A stretch of 51,120 nucleotides of DNA, the filler included, from Diploschistes diacapsis (taxonomy: Eukaryota), in assembly GCA_023645945.1 (NCBI GenBank). It is 3 parts of 3 records of this genome, joined end to end, with 100 filler letters (N's around TTAATTAATTAA, not from the genome) between each part and the next. Parts side by side here need not be neighbours in the genome. Positions count along the whole stretch, not along the records: positions 17,080 to 34,052 come from JALAIB010000477.1; 2 more parts are not named here. The stretch is one strand, 5' to 3'. Below the pieces are notes generated by a model. The model saw nothing but the letters and a program-made list of their open reading frames with translations. It was not told the DNA's origin and did no database searches. This document shows, piece by piece, positions 24,366 through 34,152 of the stretch (positions within the stretch are counted from its first letter, which is position 1; each line of letters begins with the position of its first letter). Position numbers and translations under genes: made by a program.

Positions 24366-25488
24366 TCCGAGCTAGCAACAAAGCCCTGGTGTTGTGCATC
24401 TCGGTCCTGTCCGCATAGTTCGGTTGCGAATCCGAAGTAAGCTTCCCGATCCTCTTACTAGTTAAGCATCGGCGGTTCTCAGACTCCACACATTTAGCTT
24501 GCTCAGGTCTCGAGGCTGCGGGAGTTATCGTAATGGTAAAGATGTACAGCAGCCTATAAAGAGATTCATTCCTACCAGTGCTAAAGAGAGGGGATCGGTC
24601 CTGTCCCAGATACATTTTGTTGCCAGACATATGATTCCGTCGACGCCGCATAAAACCCACCGCCAGTGCGTGTACTATATATAGTATTATCAACCGCAGG
24701 TAGGTTACGGACGTAGATACCCTTTGGGCTCGCGTTCCGGTCACCGGGAACAGCGACCGCCTGTCAGATCCGGGGAAATAAGCAAGAGAAGCTATAAGTC
24801 TCAGATGGTTCGGTGCTACTCTGACTCTGCAAATGCGGAGAGTGTTTACCTCCTCAATCACAAGGCTTAAAGATACTGCCTGGTGCTATAGAGGTGGCGT
24901 TGGCGCTTGTAATGACTTCGGGAGTACTCTAGCCCCCCTGCTTCTTTTTTCCCCGCGACGCCTCTACTTCATATATGTATCCATCATATTATACATTCAT
25001 GACTCTTCGAATAATCGCCAACGCCTTTGAAAGATGTCCCGAGTCGATGCAGGTACCTGTCATCTCCGACTTGTGGGGTGACAGTGACACTAAAGTAGTG
25101 AGCAAAAGGCCCATAAAGTTGGGTAGCAAATGATCTGCACACGCTTCTCGGCGCAGTATCCAGATGCGATTCGCCGCATGGTCCCTACGGCAAAATTGAT
25201 GGAATTTCCAGAAACCCCCTTTCGCATTTGTACGTGATTTGCCTCGGTGCCATGTGCGAAGACCAATGATGTTGCCGGATGGTGAACGGCGGTGGTCCGG
25301 ATATCCTGGTACCTGTAGTCAAGTACGCTGTTCTGTAATGCTCTTGTGATGGTGGTCGCGGACTCAGCCCCTTTGTTGCGTGATTCGAAATCTGAGCCCT
25401 GTAATACTCTGACTATTGATGGTGATATATCTTCCAGGTTCGTGCCTCTTCCTCTTGGGCTCTTCAGGCTCTGCTTCCAACGCTGACA

Positions 25489-27458
25489 ATGTTGCAGTTC
25501 TTGTTGCTGGCCGCGGCGTTCTTGCCGGTATGCCTTGCAGTGCCCGTCGAGACTACTTTCGGTGTGAAGCTGGACAAGAGGGGAGGGTTGCCCACGATTA
25601 AACTGCCTGATGCCACATATCAAGCAAGCAACTACGATGTCTTAACTGACGTAGGTTCTGTTCCCTTACGAAAACGAACATCTAGCTTATAGTTCTTCAG
25701 ATCTATACGTTCTCCAACATCCGCTTCGCTGCGCCACCAGTGGGCGACCTTCGTTGGGCAAAGCCCGCTCCCGCGCCCAAGAACTCCACCCTCCAAGATG
25801 GCTCCTACGGCAACGCATGTCCCCAAGCTGCGCCCAAGGGTCTCAACGTTGTTGGGTCTGGCTCCGACAGCCCCCTCGGCACCGCTATAGATGACTTCCT
25901 AACCGACCTGCTTACCCCTTTGGCAGACTATGGCTCGGAAGACTGTCTCTTCCTCGACGTTTACGTCCCAGGCTCGGCCGTCCGGTCTTCCAGCACTTCC
26001 AAGCTCCCGGTTGTTCACTGGATTTACGGCGGTGGCTTCATCCTTGGTGACAAGAACCAACTCCAACCAGCCCTCCCCTTCTACGACGGTAGCGGGCTGG
26101 TCTCGCAATCTGGGAACAACATCATCTTCGTCGGCTCAAACTACCGCCTCGGCGCATTCGGCTGGCTGGCAGGTACGAGCATGGAGCAAGCGGGTCTCCC
26201 CAACGCAGGGCTATACGATCAGCAAGCCGCGATGCAATGGACGCGCGACAACATCGCTCTATTTGGCGGCGACCCAGACAACGTGACGGCCATGGGCGAG
26301 TCCGCAGGCGCCAGCTCGCTGATGCACCACCTCGTCTTCAACGGCGGAGCAACAGCCCCACTGTTCAACCGAGCCATCCTCCAATCCCCAGCCTTCCTCC
26401 CGCAATTCGACCGCAAGGGGAGACTCGAAGAGATTTTCCAGAACTTCTCCTCCCTCGCCGGCTGCCCCTCCACAGGCACAGGCACAAGCTCCAACAGCAC
26501 CTCCTCCTCCTCCGCATCCTCCATCATGTCCTGCCTCCGCGCCGCCGACACCTCCACCCTCCTCTCCGCCAACACAAAGCTCAACGCCGAAGCCACACCA
26601 GGCACCTTCCTCGTCGGCCCCGCTCCGGACGGCTCTCTAATCCGACAACTCCCCGCGCTCGAGATCGCAAGCGGGAACTACTACAAATCCCTCTCCTCCC
26701 TCCTCGTCACGCACACCTCCTCCGAAAGCACAATCTTCGTCGACGGCTCCATCTCCACGGACGCCCAATTCTCCACCTTCCTAACCGCCCTCTTCCCCCC
26801 GTACGCCTCCTCCACCGGCCTCGACGCCGCCATCGAATCCCAGTACCCGGCCGTCGCTTCCGGCTCCGGCTCCGGCGGGGCCGAGTACGCAGACGAGGGC
26901 GACAGAGTGCGCGCCATGGTGCGCGACAGCAGCTTCACGTGCAACGCGCGTTTCCTGGCGCAAGCCTACGCGGGGTCCACGTACGCGGGGTCCTACGGTG
27001 TCACGCCGGGCTGGCACGCGACGGACCTGCTGCCGACGTTCTGGAGCGACGCGCTCGCGGCCTCGGCGCTCGGCACCGCGCTCGAGCTCGCGCTCCCGCT
27101 GTTCAGCGGCTTCGCGGCCGCGTACAAGAGCTACCTGACCTCCTTCGTCCGCGCCGGCGATCCGAATACCTACCGGGACGGCATCAGCCTGCCGCTGACG
27201 GTGGACTGGCCGCTTGCAACGGGAGCCGCGCTGCAGGGGGGCGCGGCGCAGGAGGTCGGCAATGTGCTGGGCATTGGGGACCTGGGCTTCGGGGTGCAGA
27301 CGGCCGGGGATGATCAGGACGGGGCGCAGGCGTGCGAGTTCTGGCTGCAGTGGACCAGTGCGGTCACGGCTGCTGGGGGGTATACGCCGCCTGGTGTGCA
27401 GGTCGTGGGGAGTGCGTTTTGGAATGGGACGGCGGATTCGCAGAATTACGGGACGTGA
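25489..27458 (+). CDS. Secreted type-B carboxylesterase/lipase (alpha/beta hydrolase); intron 25651-25700
   Basis: Signal peptide MLQFLLLAAAFLPVCLA; NIRFAAPPVGDLRW, SEDCLFLDVYVP, WIYGGGF oxyanion motif, FGGDPDNVTAMGESAG catalytic Ser and WHATD candidate catalytic His. Confidence 0.93.
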
Positions 27459-27968
27459 GGGGGGGAAGGGAGGGGGAAGGGAGTGTGAGAGGTAGATGTT
27501 GAGACAAGAAGGGGAGGATGGAACGTTGTACGTGCGCCATGATTGGATAAATGGAGTCTGGGGTGCTGCTTGTTCATGGGGCTTTGGAATACTATGTACA
27601 TACGTCGGACATTGTCGGCACCGCGCGGGTGTTAGGAGGCGTTGGAACACGCCCATGGGGATCTGCTCGCCTTTTCGACTCGCGGTATAATGTTCCCGTC
27701 GCTTGAGAATGACCCGTACAAGAATATAGAACCATTCACCCGACCGTTTGATCGCAACGCCTCGATACCCAATGCTATATGGAACGAGCCTATCTTGTCG
27801 CCTCGTGATAGTGGTCCATTTTCGATCTCTACGACGTTCTCCAAGCCCTCGCGAGCCTTATCTCCCCGTAGATGACCTCTCTTTTGCTTCGCCGCTCCCG
27901 CCACTCCTATCCACCTCACCGTCTTACCGCCCCCAACTCTCCCTTGCCCTCCCTTCCCTTCACCCTCC

Positions 27969-30349
27969 TCAGGACCTGTAAAACCCCTTCCCCTCAGCAA
28001 CCAGCCTCTCCGCCATCTCCCTTAGCAAAAACTTCTGCACCTTCCCCGACGCCGTCTTCGGGAACCCGGGCACGAAAAATACATACTTTGGTACCAAGTG
28101 CCCGCTCATCTTCTCCCTCACCCATCTCCTTATGTCCTCTGCCTCCAACAGGCCTCCTCTCTCGCCTTTCCTTCTTTCCTCTCCTCCCTCTCCTCCCTTA
28201 GCAACCACAAAAGCACCCACCACCTCGCCATACCGTTCATCCTTGACCCCCACCACGCTAACATCCCCCACTTCCGCCATACCCAGTATACAATTCTCCA
28301 CCTCAAGCGGCTGCACGTTCTCCCCGCCGCGGATAATCAGATCCCTCAGCCTCCCCGTGATGCGCACGTACCCCTCGGCGTCCATCTCCGCCTCGTCGCC
28401 CGTGTGCATCCACCTCTCCCCTCTCTCGTCGACGCTCGTCGCCTCCGCCGTCCTCGCGGCGTCGTTCCAGTAGCCTTTCATCAGCAAATATCCCGAGACG
28501 GCGAGCTCGCCGCGCCGGCCGACGGGCAGGACGCGCGTGCGGTCTGCCGGGGACGTGATCTTCGCGGCGACGTGCGGCAGGAGGCGGCCGACGGAGTCGA
28601 GGCGCTTGTCGAGAGGGTCGGATGTGGCGGTCATGAGGGAGACGGGCGAGGTCTCGGTCATGCCGTAGCAGATGGTCAGTTGCGTGAGGTTGAGGTCGCG
28701 GTGCAGGCGGCGCATGAGCTCGGCGGGGATGGAGCTGCCGGCGGCGATGCCGGTGCGGAGGTGCTGCAAGCCCGTGCGCGAGACGGCGCCGGTGGAGAGG
28801 AGGTCGAGCTCGGGGAGGAACATAGTCGGCACGCCGTAGAGGGCTGTTGCTTTTTCTTCTTGCACCGCGTGCAGCGTGGCGAGCGCATCGAAAACCGGCG
28901 CCGGAAAGACGATGCTCGCGCCGTGCGTCGCCGTCGCCATGTAGCCGAGGACGCAGCCGAAGCAGTGGAAGAGGGGAGGCGGACAGACGACGACATCGGA
29001 GGGGGTGAGAAGCATGCGTGAGCCGATGCTGAAGCCATTATTGAGGATAGAGGTGTGCGTTAGCGAGGCAGCTTTCGGGGCGGAGGTTGTGCCGCTGGTG
29101 AACTGGATGTTAATTATGTCGTCGCGGTGGAGAGGTTCAGCGAGAGAGGGTCGAGTGCCGGAGGCTGAATTTGAGCTGTAGAAGAGCTCGGACAGGAAAT
29201 GGATGGGTTTGAGAGACTTGAGGTCGACGCGGGATGAGGAATTGTCGGAGACGATGATGTGGCGAAGAGATGAAACAGCTGTCGAAGTAAGCGTTTTAGA
29301 AGCCGCGTCGGCGATGAGATCGCGGATTAGAGGCAGGTTGGAGCGTGGCGGTTTGTAGGGGAGATTCGTCTCAGCGCCTATGATGAGATGAGAGACCTGA
29401 AGGTGGTTGAGGGCGGACACGACTTGCGTCGTGGAGAATGCGGGATTCAGGGGAACCTTGATTGATTTCAACACGGTATGCTAGGGAATCGATATTGCGG
29501 CAAATATAGATATCTTGAAACTTCATCTCGCAGACGAATATAGAACGTTACAATCTCATCTCCTTGTCCAATAAAGAAACAATGAAATTCCAGTTCCGCG
29601 ACAGAGTGACCGCAAACCCTGACATATCCCTCGTAACGAGGCCACTTGTTAAAGCTGGCATTTATCCATACCATAGTTACGCGGCTGACCACGCCACACT
29701 TTCAACCGTCTGGAAGTCTTCGGGGGCAGGATTGAGAAATTGGGTAAGTTGAAAGGATTTGACCTACCAATATTGCTCCCAGTCTGTAGATACCGTACGT
29801 GGCCTGAGGCGGAGTTCAGTAACGAGCTTTACAGCTCCCATCTTACAAGAACTGTAAGGCAGGAAAATAGCATACGATGGCATATTCCAAGCAATTGCCC
29901 ATAGAGACCGCGACACGGTCCCCTTTCTTGACACCCACATCTCTAAGATTCCACGCTAGAGCGTTGCTCTTTGATTGGAGCTCAGCATAGCTCAACCGCT
30001 GGTCCTGGTGACGGGACACTACTCTTTCGAAAGGTCAGGACTCCCCATGCTGGGCACTTATGAGTTGATTGGGGAGAAACTATGAAAGGAACCCCAGCAT
30101 ACGCAGTGCGTTGTCCATGCTTAGACACCACCTCATCGAAGTGTTCCGGGATAGTATGGTGCAGTAATGGCGGCTATCCATCTTAGCGTTAGGCTACCAG
30201 ATCAAATTGGCTCTTCCTACATCGGATGGACCTCGGTCAAATGATTGTGTCAACAGCCATCGTTTAGCATGTAGTCTGGGTGTTTGAAAGCCTCGATAGA
30301 CGACCGTGTATCTCGGCTTTAAGGCCAATAAAAGTGACATCGGAGCCAT
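27969..30349 (-). CDS. AMP-binding acyl-CoA synthetase (ACSF2-like), probable mitochondrial presequence; 4 introns in the 5' part
   Basis: IQFTSGTTSAPKA, LFHCFG, YGMTETSP, MHTGDEA, ITGRLRDLIIRGGENVQPLEVE, PKTASGKVQK. Upstream exons splice to MAPMSLLLALKPRYTVVYRGF...GPSDPPLLHHTIPEHF...GVKKGDRVAVSMGNCLEYAI...LGAILVPLNP. Confidence 0.92.
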
Positions 30350-31062
30350 GTCCTACACAGCGCCTCGTGCATGATATCAAAGAGTGTATTAGATGCTCGT
30401 TACGAGGCTAAGTATGATGTATGCTAAAATGCATGTCATCGCGAACATGGCTCTTTGCTGTACAGGAGTCCCTTATAGGAAATCTTTCTTGAATTGAGGA
30501 GATTTGAATTAGGGTTCATCAGAAGAACGTTGTAGAAGTGTCACGTGCTGCCATATCTAAACGAGACTCAACTTAACTTCAAACGCTACGGACGACAATC
30601 CACCGTCTACAATTTGGTCCGTGATCATCAAGGCATTGCACCGGAATCATTTCTATTTCCAGCTTGAGATCTACAGAGATACTCCACTCATGCCTAAATC
30701 ATAAGCGGAGCTGGTAAACCCAGTTACAGATCAAGAATTTATTATCTTTCAAACAACCGGAGAGAACTAAAACGCTCTTGGCTGTTTAAGACAAGCGAGG
30801 CGAAAGACAAGAAAAAGATGTGATTCGAGTAGCCGAGTCCAGAATAGACAGCATTATGGAGCCTGCTGTCCGAAAGTCGAAGATCTCGACCAAATGTCCT
30901 TCAACGATACTGAGCACTCTAACAAAGTTTGCGATGCCGTAACTTTATCATTTCTCAGGAAAGGAGGAACCCTGCAGCAGAGACAGGCTCGCCCGTTCAT
31001 GCACAAGGCATCTTTGTTTGTGTTTGACCGTGGTTCGCTCCGTACAGCGGTGACTGGTTAAT

Positions 31063-31131
31063 CTGGGGTAGCAGCCGCGCCCTGCTGCCACACTACATTT
31101 GGAAACGCGGACGTTTGCGGACATTTTAGCC
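31063..31131. promoter_or_regulatory. Possible CreA site (CTGGGG, 31063-31068) and XlnR-type site (GGCTAAA on the minus strand, 31125-31131) upstream of the arabinanase
   Basis: Exact matches to the SYGGRG and GGCTAAA consensus, 540-600 nt upstream of a GH43 gene; motifs this short also occur by chance. Confidence 0.25.
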
Positions 31132-31667
31132 AATGCCGTAACGATCTGTAGCCACAAAATCATCTCTGGCATTTCTGATCCTAGAGGACCAACGATTGCA
31201 CCGAGGGTTACCACGAGGGAACGCTACCTGTCTGCATTACACAACGACCTTACGAACTCATCAAATATTGAACACAGAAATCCCCGATCCGGAAAGAGTT
31301 CTACAAAGAAGCATGGCCCCGGTAATGTTTTAAAAGCGCTCCATTAGGAAGCATGTCACCGGCATCTTGTTCAAATAACCATACTTCATTCTGCACGTCA
31401 AACCATGTTGTGCCGTGAACGCCCATTCGTATATGGCGTATTTTGCCTTGTGGCAAAGGCCCTCTCCCAGTCAAGGTGATGATCTTTGAATCTCTTTCGG
31501 GGTATGGGTGGCTCCGGCGGCCCCAGCTTCCCAAGAAGTGCTGGCTCTTGTTCGTGGGGTTCCGTAGGAGAATCGAATCGAGCACCCTAAAACATATAGA
31601 CTACGCTTATGCCGTGCCTTCCTTTGCATAGCCAAAGCATTCACCCCTCGAACCCCTTCACCCTGAT

Positions 31668-32801
31668 ATGGCCAGTTTCTCTTCCAAGATGCTCTCAGTC
31701 ACCTCGACCATCCTCCTCTCCCTTCCTCTATTCGCCAATGCCGCCCCTTCCAGACGTTCTACCCTCGCGAAGCGCGACTACCCCACCGTCGGCGCCTGCT
31801 CAGGCGACTGCTCTGCCGTGCACGACCCCAACGTCGTAATATCCTCGTCGGGAACCTACTACCGCTTCATCACCTTCAACGAGATCACCATCGCGACGGC
31901 TCCCTCCATTACGGGCCCCTGGACCTCGCAAGGCGCCGCCCTACCCGGCGGCTCCAGCATCAATCTCCCCGGCAACAAGGACCTCTGGGCGCCGGACGTC
32001 AGCAACATCGGCGGCACATACTATATGTACTACGCCGTCTCGACCGGCGGCTCGCAAAACTCGGACATAGGCGTCGCGACCTCGACGACCATGGACAGCG
32101 GCAGCTGGACCGATCACGGCAGCATCGGCATCTCGCCCGACTCCGCCTACAACAAGATCGACCCCAACCTCCTGCAGGTCCAGGGCGGCGCTAGCCTGCG
32201 GCTCTCCTTTGGCAGCTACTGGGACGACATCTACCAGATTGCCATGGCTAACCCGCCGCTCACGATCGCGCCGGGCGCGAACCCCGTGCACCTCGAGCAG
32301 AACACCACGGCCCGCCCGAACAACCTCCCCACGGGCCCGGAGGAGGGCAGTTTTCAGTTCTGGTGGCCCGTCAACGGGCAGACATACTACTACCTCTTCT
32401 TCTCCGCGGGCGACTGCTGCGACATGCCGCCCAACCTGCCGCCACCGGGCGAGGAGTACAAGGTCATGGTCTGCCGGTCCGAGAGCCCGATGGGAAGGTT
32501 CGTGGATCAGAACGGCGTGGACTGCCTGACCGGCAACGGCGGGACGATCGTGCTGGAGAGCCACGACAATGTCTATGCGCCCGGCGGAGAGGGTGTGATT
32601 TACGATCCAGGCCAGAACTCTGTCGTGATGTATTACCACTACGGTGAGTCGTTCTTGTGTTGTGTGGGTGTGAGCGTGTATGAAGGACTTGTGCTGACCG
32701 GGGATGCAGTGAATCCGAGCATCGGGTACGATCAGAATAGCTTCCAGTTCGGCTGGAACAAGCTTGACTTTTCGAGCGGGTGGCCGGTTGTCACGTCGTA
32801 G
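31668..32801 (+). CDS. Secreted GH43 endo-1,5-alpha-L-arabinanase; in-frame intron 32644-32709
   Basis: Signal peptide + KR propeptide; GACSGDCSAVHDP, DLWAPDV, YYAVSTGGSQNSDIGVATS, YNKIDPN, SFGSYWDDIYQ, EGS, YYYLFFSAGDCC, EYKVMVCRS, VYAPGGEG and GWN.LDFSSGWPVV, typical of fungal AbnA-like enzymes. Confidence 0.94.
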   Translation: MASFSSKMLSVTSTILLSLPLFANAAPSRRSTLAKRDYPTVGACSGDCSAVHDPNVVISSSGTYYRFITFNEITIATAPSITGPWTSQGAALPGGSSINLPGNKDLWAPDVSNIGGTYYMYYAVSTGGSQNSDIGVATSTTMDSGSWTDHGSIGISPDSAYNKIDPNLLQVQGGASLRLSFGSYWDDIYQIAMANPPLTIAPGANPVHLEQNTTARPNNLPTGPEEGSFQFWWPVNGQTYYYLFFSAGDCCDMPPNLPPPGEEYKVMVCRSESPMGRFVDQNGVDCLTGNGGTIVLESHDNVYAPGGEGVIYDPGQNSVVMYYHYGESFLCCVGVSVYEGLVLTGDAVNPSIGYDQNSFQFGWNKLDFSSGWPVVTS

Positions 32802-32933
32802 TGGAGTTTGGAGGAGGCGGTTTACTAGTGGGGGTTAGTAGGGCTGGGGAAATTTCTCGTTGTATATATTGTATATCCAAACCGAGGATGACCTCGATGT
32901 ATTTAGCAATGACCGATATACGGGAAACTTGAT

Positions 32934-32962
32934 TCGCATCGCATCGCATCGCATCGCATCGC
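32934..32962. repeat. (TCGCA)n pentanucleotide microsatellite
   Basis: tcgcatcgcatcgcatcgcatcgcatcgc read directly. Confidence 0.9.
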
Positions 32963-33243
32963 GACGTTTAGAAAATTCCTGCGTTCTACTGGCAAGCTTT
33001 CCGCCCCAGCCAACACGGCAGACCATACTTTCCCATCGTCGGTGCGTGCGCAACAGAGAGGCACGCAAAGTCCACATGTTTTTCCTCACTCCCAGCCCCT
33101 GAAGCTCGTCCATGCCCAGCTCAGCAAGGAGCAGGCAGCGTCTTTCTCATCATACCCGTAGCCGGCCTACTTCCCATCAACGTTACGAGCTATCTATTTC
33201 CCACCAAGGCCTGAGTGTCCCTCGGCCATGATGGAGGGATCTA

Positions 33244-33452
33244 TCACAGCATACGTCTTCTCTTCGCCAAATTTGCACTGTATAACAATGTGGGCCGTGT
33301 GGCTGTGTGGCGGGGTGTGGCGTGGATGGATAGCACTTGGGTGCTGTACCATGTTCCGGGGGTTATGGGTGCCTCCGGGGAGATAAAGACGGGCGATACC
33401 GGGAGCAAGAGAGAGCGAGAGGGAGAGTGCAAGTAGCCCCAGGAGCAAAGGG
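33244..33452 (-). CDS. Orphan fungal-type 3' exon of an unidentified gene whose upstream part is missing
   Basis: CTAAC branch (33482-33478) and GCAG acceptor (33454-33453), followed by an open frame ..LCSWGYLHSPSRSLLLPVSPVFISPEAPITPGTWYSTQVLSIHATPRHTATRPTLLYSANLAKRRRML*. No family recognised. Confidence 0.3.
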
Positions 33453-33514
33453 CTGCGGGTTTGAGGGCGGGATAGTAGTTAGTTTGACGTGGGGTTGAAG
33501 GGGAGGGGGGTATG

Positions 33515-33760
33515 GGTTGCTGTGCTGCTGTGCTGTTGCTGTATGATACTGCACTGTAATGTACTGTCTGCTGCTGGTGCTGTGCGGTGCTGTGCGTCCC
33601 ATGCCATACAGTATGGTGCTGCACTGTCTGGTGCTGTCCTGCTGTGCTGTTGCTGTACGGTACTGCACTGCAATGTACTGTCACTGTTTGTACGGTTTGT
33701 CGCTGTTGCTGTGATCTGCGGTGCAGAGCTGTTAGGTACTGTGCTGTGCAATGCTGCCGG
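33515..33760. repeat. Degenerate (GCTGT/ACTGT)n low-complexity tract, including a ~120-nt-spaced near-duplicate; green-algal-like intron sequence
   Basis: ctgtgctgttgctgtatgatactgcactgtaatgtactgtc (~33528) recurs as ctgtgctgttgctgtacggtactgcactgcaatgtactgtc (~33642); composition is unlike any fungal intron in the window. Confidence 0.75.
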
Positions 33761-33896
33761 ATGTGCCACCCACACTGAAAGAGTTCAACACTTGAACAGC
33801 CGATCATAACACCGAACAGCCCTCATGCAGACATGTCTCAAGGCGCAGGCCAACCTGAACCATGCGGAGGCGCACATGCATGATTATGCTGCTCAC

Positions 33897-34033
33897 CTGA
33901 AGACCTCTGACCAGCTCGAACTTCTCCTTCGTCAAATCATCTATGTGCTGCTGCAGCGCTGAGAAGTTGCTGCTCCTGGGGGGCAGTGACCCATTGGCCA
34001 CGCTGTCGGCCAGGGATGCATGAGAACCCACAC
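33897..34033 (-). CDS. Internal exon of a BLISTER-like (plant/green-algal coiled-coil) gene; probable non-fungal (photobiont) DNA
   Basis: TGTAG acceptor (34035-34034) and CAG|GTGAGC donor (33896). Translation ..SNFSALQQHIDDLTKEKFELVRGLQ resembles the F.AL.QHI.DLT.EKF.L.R motif I recall from plant BLISTER proteins. Confidence 0.6.
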
Positions 34034-34052
34034 CTACATGCCAGAGGCTGTC

Positions 34053-34152
34053 NNNNNNNNNNNNNNNNNNNNNNNNNNNNNNNNNNNNNNNNNNNNTTAA
34101 TTAATTAANNNNNNNNNNNNNNNNNNNNNNNNNNNNNNNNNNNNNNNNNNNN
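34053..34152. other. Artificial contig-joining spacer (44 N + TTAATTAATTAA + 44 N)
   Basis: 100 nt with the linker at 34097-34108, same design as 16980-17079. Confidence 0.97.

Noticed and set aside
24415..24450. GTTCGGTTGCGAATCCGAA, tRNA T-arm-like hairpin
   Set aside because: No cloverleaf or proper A/B boxes; lies in the NCL1 3' UTR. No tRNA or rRNA gene was recognised in the window.
31301..31585. 94-aa minus-strand ORF upstream of the arabinanase
   Set aside because: Non-ATG start, no motif, and lies in the expected promoter region.
33244..33809. Cys/Gln/His-rich ORFs on both strands (33244-33807, 33489-33809 etc.) as metallothionein-like proteins
   Set aside because: Translations of the GCTGT low-complexity tract that span the suspected chimeric junction.
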